From a virus, in IMG/VR virus record IMGVR_UViG_3300025395_000007: a stretch of DNA of 64,000 nt; one strand, given 5' to 3'. The translations under genes and the position numbers were made by a program. Under the pieces are notes generated by a model. It saw only the letters and a list, made by a program, of their open reading frames with translations, searched no databases and had not been told where the DNA came from. The first letter of the stretch is position 1, and each line of letters starts with the position of its first letter. Shown in pieces: positions 1 through 10,276 of the stretch.

Positions 1-1
1 C

Positions 2-1879
2 GCTAACGGTTCTTATGGTACTGGAGGTTATTTTCTAGCCTCTGGTGGTACTAGCACTAATGCATATTGGGTTTCTGCGGGTTCAGTTGGTGTTAATGTA
101 AATGCTCAGTATGCATGGACTAATACACAATCCTATTCAAATACAATTACATTTAATGGTTGGATTCAATCTACAAATGCTATTTCAGCAAATGGTTCTA
201 ATGGTACTTCTGGATATGTTCTAGCTTCTGGTGGTAATGGTAACGTATATTGGGTTGCACCTGCAAGTTTATCACTTAATACATCTGCACAATATACTTG
301 GTCTAACACCCAGACTTTTCAAAACACTATTACGTTCAGTACTTCAATTCTTGCTAATACAGTTAACGCTGCATCATATACCGTCGGTACATGGGGCGGT
401 GCAGCTAATGCATTCATTGCTAATAGCTCATTCGTTGGATGGGGTAATACAACAGCAAACGTGCAAATAGCATGGGATAGCACTGGTCAAGATTTACTAT
501 CTATCGGTGGTAATATTAATAACTATGTAGAAGCTGCTATTTGGAATAGTAATACAGGCGTTTCGGCCTCTGCTGATTTTAGCATTAATGATAATAACGG
601 TCTTTATTCTAATAACTATATCGATATTGGTATTAATGGTTCTAACTGGTCGAATACTCTTTGGACTATCAGTGGTCCTTCTGATGGTTATATTTACACA
701 GGTAATACCAATCTTTCTATCGGTACAGCAGCTGCTTCGTATATTAACTTCTTTACCAATGGCACTCTTGCTGGTAATGAACGTATGCGTATTACTTCTG
801 GTGGTAACGTTGGTATCAATAATACCGCTCCAACGAATCAGCTATCTGTAAACGGTTCAACTTATCTTGGTGGTACTGTTAACGTATCCGCAAACGTTGT
901 TGGTGTTAATGCTTACTTTACAAATATTAACGCTTCAGCTAACGTTTATGCAACTACAGTTTACGCCAACGTAACTGGTACATACGCAAATATTACAGGT
1001 CAAGTAAATACAGCTACGATTTATGCAGCAACTTCTGCTAACGTAGGCACTTACTTTACTGTTAACTCAACTGCTATTTCTGCTGCAGTCAATACTACAA
1101 TTTCTGGCGCCAACCTTTACGTTAATACAACAAATACTGATTTTGCTTCAAATACAACGCTTGCTGGTACAAATACTTCAATTACCTCAAACGTTCAGAT
1201 ATCTGGCAGTAACACTTATATTAGTTCTAACGTAACATTTGCTGGCGCTAATATTGACGCTACATCATCTACTCTTCGTGTGCGTGATATCACTGCTTCT
1301 GGTAACCTTATAGTTACTGGTTCAGTTGTTACTGTTAATACAACCACGCTTCAAGTTAATGATAACGTAATTGAAATTGGTTTTAATAACGGTGGCCTTT
1401 CAACTGATCTTATCGACACTGGTATCTATTCGCCATCTAATACTGGTGGCAGTGTTATCTATTCTGGCGTTGCTCGTATTGCTGCTTCTTCAAATACAAC
1501 TGTTCCTTGGTATAAGATCTTTAATACAGCAACTAATCCAAATAGTGGGTTGACTATTGTAAGCTCTACAACTGGCGCTCTACAGGCTTATCTATATCCA
1601 TATGGTCTTGGTGGGGCTTTTGTTGCTAACTCAACTGTTGTTAATATAACAGCAAATGGTACTCTTTCAGCTACTATTACTGCTAATACTTTAACACTAA
1701 CAACTAACCTTGCTACTACTTCAGGCGGTACTGGTCAAAATGCATATTCTTCTGGTGATTTATTGGTTGGTAATACCGCCAATGCTTTAACAAGATTAGG
1801 TATCGGTACAGACGGATATGTTCTTCAAGTTAATGGAACAACTGTTGCTTGGAATACTTTAGATGGTGGAACATTTTAA
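2..1879 (+). CDS. Tail fibre / virion adhesin protein, 5'-truncated by the window edge
   Basis: The frame of track ORF 461..1879 stays open back to position 2 (ANGSYGTGGYFLASGG...). Contains the fibre repeat ERMRITSGGNVGI and a C-terminal LDGGTF; N/T/S/G-rich. Confidence 0.75.
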   Translation, partial: ANGSYGTGGYFLASGGTSTNAYWVSAGSVGVNVNAQYAWTNTQSYSNTITFNGWIQSTNAISANGSNGTSGYVLASGGNGNVYWVAPASLSLNTSAQYTWSNTQTFQNTITFSTSILANTVNAASYTVGTWGGAANAFIANSSFVGWGNTTANVQIAWDSTGQDLLSIGGNINNYVEAAIWNSNTGVSASADFSINDNNGLYSNNYIDIGINGSNWSNTLWTISGPSDGYIYTGNTNLSIGTAAASYINFFTNGTLAGNERMRITSGGNVGINNTAPTNQLSVNGSTYLGGTVNVSANVVGVNAYFTNINASANVYATTVYANVTGTYANITGQVNTATIYAATSANVGTYFTVNSTAISAAVNTTISGANLYVNTTNTDFASNTTLAGTNTSITSNVQISGSNTYISSNVTFAGANIDATSSTLRVRDITASGNLIVTGSVVTVNTTTLQVNDNVIEIGFNNGGLSTDLIDTGIYSPSNTGGSVIYSGVARIAASSNTTVPWYKIFNTATNPNSGLTIVSSTTGALQAYLYPYGLGGAFVANSTVVNITANGTLSATITANTLTLTTNLATTSGGTGQNAYSSGDLLVGNTANALTRLGIGTDGYVLQVNGTTVAWNTLDGGTF

Positions 1880-1894
1880 TTAAGTGGAGTTATT

Positions 1895-2104
1895 ATGGAT
1901 ACTGAATTTGTAAATTTATATATTGAACGAATTGTCAAAGAAGTTGAGGAGTTGACTAAAGCTCGACTCCTCAATGAAGCTAAAACTAATTATCTTGAAA
2001 ATGCAAATCAAAAATTGATTAAGCATATCGAACAGTTAGAAATGCAAATAGAAAAACAAAATAAAAAAACTAAAAAAGAAGTAAATACTTTAGAACAATT
2101 TTAA
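1895..2104 (+). CDS. Small coiled-coil hypothetical protein
   Basis: GGAG RBS; heptad-like, E/K/L-rich 69 aa. Confidence 0.7.
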   Translation: MDTEFVNLYIERIVKEVEELTKARLLNEAKTNYLENANQKLIKHIEQLEMQIEKQNKKTKKEVNTLEQF

Positions 2105-2135
2105 ACCTCGGTAAATACCGATATGAGGACGCCAT

Positions 2136-4916
2136 ATGGCTAATAATATATTTCAGGTAAAGAGAACCAGCACAGCTGGCAGAACTCCAAATACCACAAA
2201 TGCATCAAATAGTCAATATATTAATCCAGGCGAGCTCGCGCTCAATATGGCTGATGGTATTTTGTATACATCAGACGGTACAAATTTAATTAATATCGGC
2301 GCTAACTCAGTTAACGTCTCTGCTCAGTATACTTGGACCAACACGCAAACTTTCAGTAATACGATTACATTCTCTGGTGTTGGATTTGGTACAGTTACTG
2401 CCGCTTCGAATACAGATTTAACCAAACATATCGCACTTTACAGCACAACTTATGGTTTCAACGTTACCGCTTCTACACTAAACTATAACTCAGGTAGTGC
2501 TCATGTATTCAGAGCTGCAGGTACTGAGTATCTTCGCGCAAATACTATTGGTACAACAGTAAACGGCTATTTTGGTGTTGGTGCTTCTGCAGTTGCTGGT
2601 AGAACTGTTAACCTTGGAAAGACTATTACTGGCGCTGCTACTTCTTATGGTATTTACGGCGGCGGAACTGTCAATACTGACGTAATTACAACTGCATACG
2701 GTTTTTATTCTACACCAACGATGACTGCACAAGGCACTATCAGTAACATTATTGATTTTGCTAGTGCTGGCGCTGCACTTCCTGCAAATAGCTATGCTAC
2801 TAACAAATATAGTTATGTTTCTAGTGCTGCTTCTTATGGCATTAATAACTATGGTTTCTATAGTAATATGGGCGCAACTTATACTGCTACTATTAATAAC
2901 GTAGCAGTTACTTCATTGGTTGCAACTATCACTACTGCTGCAGTGCATAATATTCCTGTTGGACAAACAGTGGCAATCACTGGACTAACAAACTCAGTGC
3001 TTAATGGTACATATGTTGTTACTGCTTGCCCAACCACAACGACATTTACATTTACTACAGCTTCTGGTGATATAGCATCAGTAACTGACTCAGGTACTGT
3101 CACAATTGGTGTTGCTAATAATCGATATAACCTCTATATGCAAGGCAGTGCATCAAATTATCTAAACGGCAACACTGCTATCGGTAGCGTTTCAAATATA
3201 CCATACACAAAATTTAGTGTTACAGGTACCAATTTGGCCGTTGGTATTACTAATCCAGGTTCTCTCGGTAATACTGTTGCTGTGCCGAATGGTTATTTTG
3301 GTACAGGTAATAATAACGGTGGCGCTTTTTACTTTGGTGTAACAACTTTTGCAAATAGCTCCAGCCCTACAGGTGGCGTTGAGGCTGGTTGGCAAGGTAC
3401 AACAAATCCTTCTATAGCTATCGGTACACTTCGTGGTGATAACCGCAACTATATGATTCAAGATTATGGTGGTAGAACTTACTTCAACTACCAAACCACT
3501 CAGCTGGCTACGACTCTTGTATCTGGCGTCCAGTATACTATTCTTAGTAACAGCGCATCTTCGAACTCTACCGACTTTACACAGTTTGGCGCAGCTGACA
3601 GTAATCCAGGAACTGTATTTACTGCAACTATATCTGGTAATGCTGCATCTGGTAATGGTGCTGCTATACCTTCTGCAATCGGCGCCAATACTCGTTTATT
3701 CATTGCAGCTAATGGTAACGTAGGTATTGCTAACAACAATCCTGCAGATAAACTATCGGTTAACGGTACAGTAAATGCTACATCGCATACAGTTGGTGCT
3801 ACATTTACAGCCAATTCTACTGGTGTTTATACAACTGGTGTTGTCAATTCTGCTTCTCACACAGTAGGCACTGCATTTACAGCTAACTCATCGATGACTA
3901 ATACGGTTTCTTTAGTAGTCTCGACTAATGTGGCTACGATTGGCACAGCTGCATATTTTATATCAAATGGCAACATAGGCATTGGTACTAATACACCAAA
4001 TGCATCACTTTCGATTACTCCTTCAACTGCTTCTGGTACTGCAGGAGCAGTAAATAAGATACGCGTATATGATGATAATTCAGGATCATTATATGGTCTG
4101 GGCGTTTCAACTGCTTCTTTAGATATCGTGACGGGATATGGTGGACAGATTAATTTCTATGGTGGTGGCAACACTCCAATTTTACTTGCTAGGATAGATA
4201 GTCAAGGAAATGCTGCTTTTGGAGAAACTAGCGATACAGCCAGAGCTGCAATAACAGGATATGCTGTTAATAATGCTGCAGGTTTATATGTTTTTGGTGG
4301 CGGTGGCGGTGGCACATATACTGATATTATGGGCGCTAACTATGACAGTTGGACAGGTGGAGCTCCTGGTACTATAAGATTTTATGATAGTAATTATAGT
4401 GCTGATATAGCATTCTTGATGAAAACTCAAGGTGCTAGCACTACACCTAGCAACGAACGTGTTCGTTTTTCTGCTAACGGTAATGTGGGTATTGGTAATG
4501 CTGCACCAATTGATAAATTGTCAGTCAATGGCACAACTTATTTTGGAGCGAACGTAAAAATTGCAGCTGGTATATCTGTTATCGATTCAACAGGATCTGG
4601 AGGTACTATCGGTCAAGTACTGACTTCAAATGGAACAGGTAACGTATACTGGGCGGCAGTAACAGCATCAATAAATACTACTGCTCAGTATACTTGGTCT
4701 AATACTCAAACATTTTCAGCTAACCAAACATTATTTACTAGTAGCAATGCAGCGCCGAATGCGATTGCTGGCGCTATTATTTCAAATGGTGGTATAGCTG
4801 CAAATGGTAACATATATACTGCAGGTCGTATAGGTTACGCTAACTCAACTGGCGCTAACCAAGCTTATACATATTATAATGCAACAGTAGGTAGTCTTGA
4901 CACGGTGTTTGGATAA
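2136..4916 (+). CDS. Long tail fibre-like protein
   Basis: N-terminal KRTS..GRTP...GELALNMADGILY virion-attachment motif; repeated NGNVGIG..P.DKLSVNG fibre repeats; GAGG RBS. Confidence 0.8.
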   Translation: MANNIFQVKRTSTAGRTPNTTNASNSQYINPGELALNMADGILYTSDGTNLINIGANSVNVSAQYTWTNTQTFSNTITFSGVGFGTVTAASNTDLTKHIALYSTTYGFNVTASTLNYNSGSAHVFRAAGTEYLRANTIGTTVNGYFGVGASAVAGRTVNLGKTITGAATSYGIYGGGTVNTDVITTAYGFYSTPTMTAQGTISNIIDFASAGAALPANSYATNKYSYVSSAASYGINNYGFYSNMGATYTATINNVAVTSLVATITTAAVHNIPVGQTVAITGLTNSVLNGTYVVTACPTTTTFTFTTASGDIASVTDSGTVTIGVANNRYNLYMQGSASNYLNGNTAIGSVSNIPYTKFSVTGTNLAVGITNPGSLGNTVAVPNGYFGTGNNNGGAFYFGVTTFANSSSPTGGVEAGWQGTTNPSIAIGTLRGDNRNYMIQDYGGRTYFNYQTTQLATTLVSGVQYTILSNSASSNSTDFTQFGAADSNPGTVFTATISGNAASGNGAAIPSAIGANTRLFIAANGNVGIANNNPADKLSVNGTVNATSHTVGATFTANSTGVYTTGVVNSASHTVGTAFTANSSMTNTVSLVVSTNVATIGTAAYFISNGNIGIGTNTPNASLSITPSTASGTAGAVNKIRVYDDNSGSLYGLGVSTASLDIVTGYGGQINFYGGGNTPILLARIDSQGNAAFGETSDTARAAITGYAVNNAAGLYVFGGGGGGTYTDIMGANYDSWTGGAPGTIRFYDSNYSADIAFLMKTQGASTTPSNERVRFSANGNVGIGNAAPIDKLSVNGTTYFGANVKIAAGISVIDSTGSGGTIGQVLTSNGTGNVYWAAVTASINTTAQYTWSNTQTFSANQTLFTSSNAAPNAIAGAIISNGGIAANGNIYTAGRIGYANSTGANQAYTYYNATVGSLDTVFG

Positions 4917-5860
4917 TGGCTTTAGTTAGTAGATTATACAGTAATGGAAGTCTTTTAGTTTTAAATAACTGTTTAGATGAAGTTTCTTTAAATCCTCCTC
5001 TTGGTAGTTTATATTTTGCCTCTGCCGCCACGAATTATATGACTTATCCATCAAATACGGTATTTCAGGCTAATACTCCAGGTGGTTTAACTGCGGAAGC
5101 GTGGATATATCCTTTAGGTATTACGGCAAGCATGGGCATCATGGGATATAATGATGTTTCTCCAGGCAACGTTTCCAATGCTGGTGGCTGGATGTTCCAT
5201 ATAGCCACAACTGCTGGTCAGTTAAGTTTTGTTACATATCAAAATGATGCTGGTACATCAACCACAACTTTAAATAGCGGTACTAATTTAGTTACTAATA
5301 ATGCATGGAATCATGTAGCAGTTACTGTAAGTGGAACTACTGGAAAGCTTTGGTTAAATGGTACTAACGTTGGTAGTAATACAATAGGAGCCACTACTTA
5401 TGGAAATGCTATTCTTACAATAGCTGCTTGGAATTATTCCGCGCCAAGATTATTTAATGGATATATGACTGATATTCGTATAAGTAATACAGTTGTATAT
5501 ACTAGTAATTTTACTGCACCAACAACTAAATTGACAGCTAACTCATCTACTCAAATACTTTTTAATACACCATATAATCTTCCTACTAATAGTGCATTTT
5601 TTGATTCTAGCCCATATAGAAGAGATCTTACTGGATTGCTTGCTTATGGTCCACCTGCAAATGTTAGTAGTAGCCCATCGCTTACATATATAACTCCATC
5701 TTTAACAAGTCCGCCACAGAGATTAAATAGTAATGGTTTGTTTCAAGTTTTAGGTGGATTTGACGAAGTAACAAGTTTAACTGGACAAGCCTCTAGATTA
5801 TTCAGTAATGGTGTTTTAAATATAGCGGGTAATTTTGATGAGGTTTCGACACTTGTATAA
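4916..5860 (+). CDS. LamG/concanavalin A-like lectin-domain virion protein
   Basis: TAEAWIYP...WNHVAVT...LWLNG...FNGYMTDIRIS...YTSNFTAPT signature; flanking DEV repeats. Confidence 0.8.
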   Translation: MALVSRLYSNGSLLVLNNCLDEVSLNPPLGSLYFASAATNYMTYPSNTVFQANTPGGLTAEAWIYPLGITASMGIMGYNDVSPGNVSNAGGWMFHIATTAGQLSFVTYQNDAGTSTTTLNSGTNLVTNNAWNHVAVTVSGTTGKLWLNGTNVGSNTIGATTYGNAILTIAAWNYSAPRLFNGYMTDIRISNTVVYTSNFTAPTTKLTANSSTQILFNTPYNLPTNSAFFDSSPYRRDLTGLLAYGPPANVSSSPSLTYITPSLTSPPQRLNSNGLFQVLGGFDEVTSLTGQASRLFSNGVLNIAGNFDEVSTLV

Positions 5861-5873
5861 TAGGGGATAATTT

Positions 5874-6953
5874 ATGGCGCTTCTTGCAAATGGAACAAGA
5901 ATATTCGGTACAGCTAACGTTGACACATCCATAACTGTTGGATCGAACAGTACAACTGTTACGGCTATTAATGCCACTTCTAATACTGGATATGGAGTGT
6001 ACTCTACTTCTAATAGCTCTATCGCTGTATTTGGCGTTTCTACAGCTGCGCAGGGTGGATATTTTGTATCAAATTCTGGTACTGCTCTTTATGCGCAGTC
6101 AAATACAGGTAGGTTAGCTTTATTTTCAAATAATACAAATACAATTGCAACTATTAACTCTAGTAGTGTTTACAGTAACGTTGGATTTACTTCTTCTGTC
6201 AATAACCAAAGATTATCATTTACACCTGTTGCAGGTGGCGCTAACGTATATTTCAATCAACAGAACGATGATAACTTTGTATTTTATTCTACTAATACTT
6301 CAAACCAGCCGAGAGCAATTTGGTCTATATTTGGTAATAATAATACCAGCAATCTTACTATAAGTGTGCCACTGAATGTTCAATCTGTTTTTATCGCTAA
6401 CTCTACTCAAGTAACTACTACTGTACCATTTTCTGCCAATGCTTCAGTTGGCACAGCTGGTCAAGTTTTAGTTTCGAACGGTGCTACTGGTTCGCCTTTT
6501 TGGAGTTCTGCTGTTAGGTCTGGTACAGCAGTCGCAACTACATCTGGAACATCAGTTGATTATCTTAGTATTCCATCATATGTAAAACGTATTACAGTAA
6601 TGTATAATGGGTTTTCGACGAGCAGCACCAGTAATTATTTAATTCAATTAATTACTGGTGCATCTACTGTAGTATCTACTGGTTATGTTTCTTCTTGCAG
6701 AAGTGCCACCAGCACTGCAGGTTTTTTAACAGTTGATGGACCATCAGCTGCAAGTTTGACATCTGGTTCAATTACTATATCTAATCTTAGTGGTAATATA
6801 TGGGTATCATCTGGCAATCTTCAGATATCTGGCGGTGTTGTATATTATTCTGCAGGTATAATATCACTTGCTGCAGCATTAACTGGAGTTAGAATAACTT
6901 CTGTGACGCCAGATACTTTAGACGCTGGTTCCGTCAACATACTTTACGAATGA
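5874..6953 (+). CDS. Tail fibre-associated protein
   Basis: GTAGQVLVSNG hinge; C-terminal domain (IPSYVKRITV...DAGSVNILYE) is paralogous to that of 9544..10266. Confidence 0.7.
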   Translation: MALLANGTRIFGTANVDTSITVGSNSTTVTAINATSNTGYGVYSTSNSSIAVFGVSTAAQGGYFVSNSGTALYAQSNTGRLALFSNNTNTIATINSSSVYSNVGFTSSVNNQRLSFTPVAGGANVYFNQQNDDNFVFYSTNTSNQPRAIWSIFGNNNTSNLTISVPLNVQSVFIANSTQVTTTVPFSANASVGTAGQVLVSNGATGSPFWSSAVRSGTAVATTSGTSVDYLSIPSYVKRITVMYNGFSTSSTSNYLIQLITGASTVVSTGYVSSCRSATSTAGFLTVDGPSAASLTSGSITISNLSGNIWVSSGNLQISGGVVYYSAGIISLAAALTGVRITSVTPDTLDAGSVNILYE

Positions 6954-6954
6954 G
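6921..6954 (+). repeat. 34-bp exact direct repeat, copy 1
   Basis: GACGCTGGTTCCGTCAACATACTTTACGAATGAG, identical to 10234..10267. Confidence 0.9.
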
Positions 6955-6960
6955 GAAAAT

Positions 6961-7086
6961 ATGTCAATTATTCAAGTAGATGTTCAAACAGGTATTGTAA
7001 CTATTATCGAAGATGATGGAAGTATTACTGTTGTTACAGATCCAAATCTACCAGATACTTCTAATACATCAACATCAAATACTTAA
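6961..7086 (+). CDS. 41-aa hypothetical protein (not in ORF track)
   Basis: GAGG RBS, then ATG; MSIIQVDVQTGIVTIIEDDGSITVVTDPNLPDTSNTSTSNT-stop. Confidence 0.6.
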   Translation: MSIIQVDVQTGIVTIIEDDGSITVVTDPNLPDTSNTSTSNT

Positions 7087-7129
7087 AATATGGGTTTCTT
7101 AACCAACGAGTTAACAAAACTATAATTTG

Positions 7130-7137
7130 TATAAATA
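7130..7137 (+). promoter_or_regulatory. T4-type late promoter
   Basis: Exact TATAAATA in an intergenic gap. Confidence 0.75.
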
Positions 7138-7168
7138 AAAGAAATATCGCCAATAGGGAGAGTGAACT

Positions 7169-7753
7169 TTGGCCGACACTAATTTCATAGTTAAAGACGG
7201 TTTAACCGTCAATTCAACAGCTATAGTCAATTCAACAGCTATATATTTCGGCACGATTAGTGCATCATCTAATGGATATTTCTCCAATCAAACTATTATT
7301 ACCATCGGTAATTCATCTGTTAATGGTACGATAAATTCAACATCTGTATCTCAAACAGCAAATAATACTTTGTATGTTGGATCTACAACAGCTGCTAACG
7401 TAGTTTCGAATACACAATTAACTTCTAATTTAGCTAACTATGCAACATTATCTGGCGCTACATTTACAGGTAATGTTTATGTCGGTACTGGATCAAGTAA
7501 TACATGGGTTACAACTTCTGGTATTTACTTCGATGGTGTTCCTTTTTCTGGCGGTACTGATTATAGTAAAGGTAACTATGGTGCAGTTGGCTCTCCTTTA
7601 AATGCAGGCAATATGTTTAGAATTAATGCCAATACAGTTTCTAACAATGTAACTATTGACGCGCAAGATAATGCATCTGTTATTGGTCCTATAACAATCA
7701 GCGGTGCTTATTCGATAACAATTTCAACTGGCGGTAGATTGGTAATACTATGA
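7169..7753 (+). CDS. Virion/tail-associated protein (TTG start)
   Basis: GGGAG RBS; C-terminal ASVIGPITI..G.LVIL module resembles 8534..8818. Confidence 0.65.
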   Translation: MADTNFIVKDGLTVNSTAIVNSTAIYFGTISASSNGYFSNQTIITIGNSSVNGTINSTSVSQTANNTLYVGSTTAANVVSNTQLTSNLANYATLSGATFTGNVYVGTGSSNTWVTTSGIYFDGVPFSGGTDYSKGNYGAVGSPLNAGNMFRINANTVSNNVTIDAQDNASVIGPITISGAYSITISTGGRLVIL

Positions 7754-8532
7754 GTACACTTAATGTAGCAAATATAAAATCATCAAATAGCATAACTGAT
7801 TTATCAGTCTCCTCTGCTAATACTACTAGCGGTTCATTAGTTGTATGGTCAAATGGTGCTGGTGTAGTTATCAATGGTAACTATGCTACGCCAGATGCAT
7901 ATTTCTATTCTAATGGGCAAGTTTATGTTCCAACACAAATTCTTGCAGGTACAAATTCGGGCGCTGTAACTGCTATTACTGGCATATCCAATACTGCATA
8001 TGGTGTTTATGGCAATTCGAATACTTTAATAGGCGTCTATGGATTTTCTAATACAGGTTATGGTGTTTATGGATCATCTCCATCTGGAACTGCTGGTGTT
8101 TACGGATTATCAAATACAGGTTATGGTATTATTGCTTCATCAAATACTGGACCTGCTCTTTATGCACAATCAAATACAGGTGTTGTAGCGCAGTTCTCTA
8201 ATGCTACTACTACACTTGCTAGAGTGGAAGCCAACGGTAACTTTACACTCGGTTCTTCTACTATTGCAGCTAACGGTTATTCTCGTTTACCAAATGGTTT
8301 GTTGATGCAATGGGGTTCAATGACAGCTACAGTTAACGCTTCAACTATTGCAATAGGATCTTTTACAACACCGTTTAACACTTTGTATTCATTCCTAATA
8401 ACTGGAAAAAACGTAGTTAACATAACTCAAGCTTCTACTGTTAGTGCAAATAATACAAATTTTTCATGGTATACAAATTATTCAGCTGGTGCAACTTCAA
8501 CTGTAATGAACTATATGGCAATAGGAGTTTGA
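7750..8532 (+). CDS. Tail fibre protein with C-terminal gp53-like/H-type-lectin-like domain
   Basis: GYSRLPNGLLMQWG motif, C-terminal YMAIG, GVYG.SNTG repeats. Confidence 0.7.
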   Translation: MSTLNVANIKSSNSITDLSVSSANTTSGSLVVWSNGAGVVINGNYATPDAYFYSNGQVYVPTQILAGTNSGAVTAITGISNTAYGVYGNSNTLIGVYGFSNTGYGVYGSSPSGTAGVYGLSNTGYGIIASSNTGPALYAQSNTGVVAQFSNATTTLARVEANGNFTLGSSTIAANGYSRLPNGLLMQWGSMTATVNASTIAIGSFTTPFNTLYSFLITGKNVVNITQASTVSANNTNFSWYTNYSAGATSTVMNYMAIGV

Positions 8533-8533
8533 T

Positions 8534-8818
8534 ATGTCAACACTACAGGTAGCTAATATTTGGTTTGAATCGACTCAAAACAATGGTATACAGTATCTTG
8601 GTACTAACAACTATTCATTTATTGCAGCTGGTTCCAATGCTATGTATATAACACAGTCGGCGGTATCATTTGGTAGCGCCATTGTCGAAACAAGTAGAAC
8701 AATAGCAGCAAGTTACACAATTACAGCAGGTAAATCTGCTATGTCAATTGGTCCTTTAACCTTTAACTCAGGTGTGACTGTAACAGTTCCATCTAATAGC
8801 AAATGGGTGATATTATGA
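8534..8818 (+). CDS. Small virion-associated protein
   Basis: AMSIGPLT...VTVP..SKWVIL module; tight gene packing. Confidence 0.65.
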   Translation: MSTLQVANIWFESTQNNGIQYLGTNNYSFIAAGSNAMYITQSAVSFGSAIVETSRTIAASYTITAGKSAMSIGPLTFNSGVTVTVPSNSKWVIL

Positions 8819-9306
8819 GTTCATTAACGCTTAGTGGTGATACTAGCGGTTCAGTAGTTATTCAAGCACCTGCAGTATCAGGTTCTACCGCTCTTACATT
8901 ACCAACAACAAATGGTACTATTATAACTAATGCTTCAAGTAATGCATTACCAATTGCTGCCATACAAACTACTTCTGGTACTGCCAATAGCAGTACATAT
9001 CTTACAGGTAACGGCTCTTGGGCTTCAATATCAACTGCTGGCGGATTAAATGGCGCTTGGAGTAACGTAACTGCAACTAGAGCTCTTTCTACAACTTATA
9101 CTAATAGCACTGGTTATACCATTATGGTTTCTGTAAGCACATCAAGTCAAACTAGTAGTATAGTTGGATATGTTAATGGAGGCGCAATATTTGCTGCTTC
9201 ATGGGGAGGCAGTTCTTTCCAGTCAACTTGCGTTATGGCAGTTCCAAATGGCGCAACATATTCAGTTGTTGGTGGTACATTAGCTAGTTGGTGGGAGATG
9301 AGATAA
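8815..9306 (+). CDS. Tail fibre-associated protein
   Basis: ATGA overlap start (MSSLTLSGDTSG); RA..TTYTNSTG and VPNGATYSV tip motifs. Confidence 0.65.
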   Translation: MSSLTLSGDTSGSVVIQAPAVSGSTALTLPTTNGTIITNASSNALPIAAIQTTSGTANSSTYLTGNGSWASISTAGGLNGAWSNVTATRALSTTYTNSTGYTIMVSVSTSSQTSSIVGYVNGGAIFAASWGGSSFQSTCVMAVPNGATYSVVGGTLASWWEMR

Positions 9307-9542
9307 TGAAATATTTTAAAAATACTATAACTGGTGAAGTTTTTGGATATGATGAAACTGATCTAACACAAATTCCTCACATGGAAATTCGTTTAGCTAG
9401 CGAACCACATGAAGATATTACTGACAATTGGCCTTTGCCACAGGAAGAATATATTGCCCCAAAATTAACGTTGGAACAATTACAAGCGCAACTTTCAGTT
9501 CTTACTACCCAAATAAAAGCATTAGCGAATACAGGAAGTTAA
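9306..9542 (+). CDS. Putative tail fibre assembly chaperone
   Basis: MKYFKN...VFGYD start and C-terminal coiled coil; follows a fibre gene. Confidence 0.5.
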   Translation: MKYFKNTITGEVFGYDETDLTQIPHMEIRLASEPHEDITDNWPLPQEEYIAPKLTLEQLQAQLSVLTTQIKALANTGS

Positions 9543-9543
9543 A

Positions 9544-10266
9544 ATGGCAGTAATATTTAACGCAACAACAACTACTACTGGGCTACAAATATCATCTGAT
9601 AGTAGCGGTGCTTTTCAGTTTGAGACTAATGGCGCAAATACAGTAAGTATCAGTAATACTGGTACTATTACATCAAATGGTTTTTCAGGAAACTTAGTAT
9701 CTACTTCAGGTGGCATTTTAATTCCACCATCTACAGGTACAGTCACGATTCCAGCTGGTACGGGTACTGCTGCTGTCCAGGGTGTGTCGACGAATATCGT
9801 ACAGGGTACGTCACAAGCATCTACGTCTGGCACGACAATTACTTTCACAGGTATTCCAGCTTATGCAAAACGTATTACGATCATATTTAACGGCATTAGC
9901 ACAAACGGAAATTCCAATTACTTAATACAAATTGGTAGTGGTTCTATAACAAGTACTGGATATGTAAGTGCGTCAATATCAGCACAATCTAATGCCCAAA
10001 GTTCGGCTGGCGTTACGTCAACTACTGGTTTTATTGTTACAAGCGCAATTAGTGCCACATATCTTTTTAGTGGGTTTATTTATTTATTAAATATAAGTGG
10101 AAATACTTGGGTTGAAAACGCTACAATAGTTGATGCAATTGGTGATAGAGCTGAAAGTAGTTCGGGCAACGTGACTCTTTCTGGTTCTCTCGACCGAGTA
10201 CGCATCACCACAGTAAACGGCGCTGATGCCTTTGACGCTGGTTCCGTCAACATACTTTACGAATGA
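9544..10266 (+). CDS. Tail fibre-associated protein
   Basis: C-terminal domain paralogous to that of 5874..6953. Confidence 0.7.
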   Translation: MAVIFNATTTTTGLQISSDSSGAFQFETNGANTVSISNTGTITSNGFSGNLVSTSGGILIPPSTGTVTIPAGTGTAAVQGVSTNIVQGTSQASTSGTTITFTGIPAYAKRITIIFNGISTNGNSNYLIQIGSGSITSTGYVSASISAQSNAQSSAGVTSTTGFIVTSAISATYLFSGFIYLLNISGNTWVENATIVDAIGDRAESSSGNVTLSGSLDRVRITTVNGADAFDAGSVNILYE

Positions 10267-10267
10267 G
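10234..10267 (+). repeat. 34-bp exact direct repeat, copy 2
   Basis: Identical to 6921..6954. Confidence 0.9.
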
Positions 10268-10276
10268 AGAAAATAA

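Noticed and set aside
6921-10267. Diversity-generating retroelement template/variable repeat pair
   Set aside because: No reverse transcriptase in the window, and differences upstream of the identical 34 bp are not adenine-specific.
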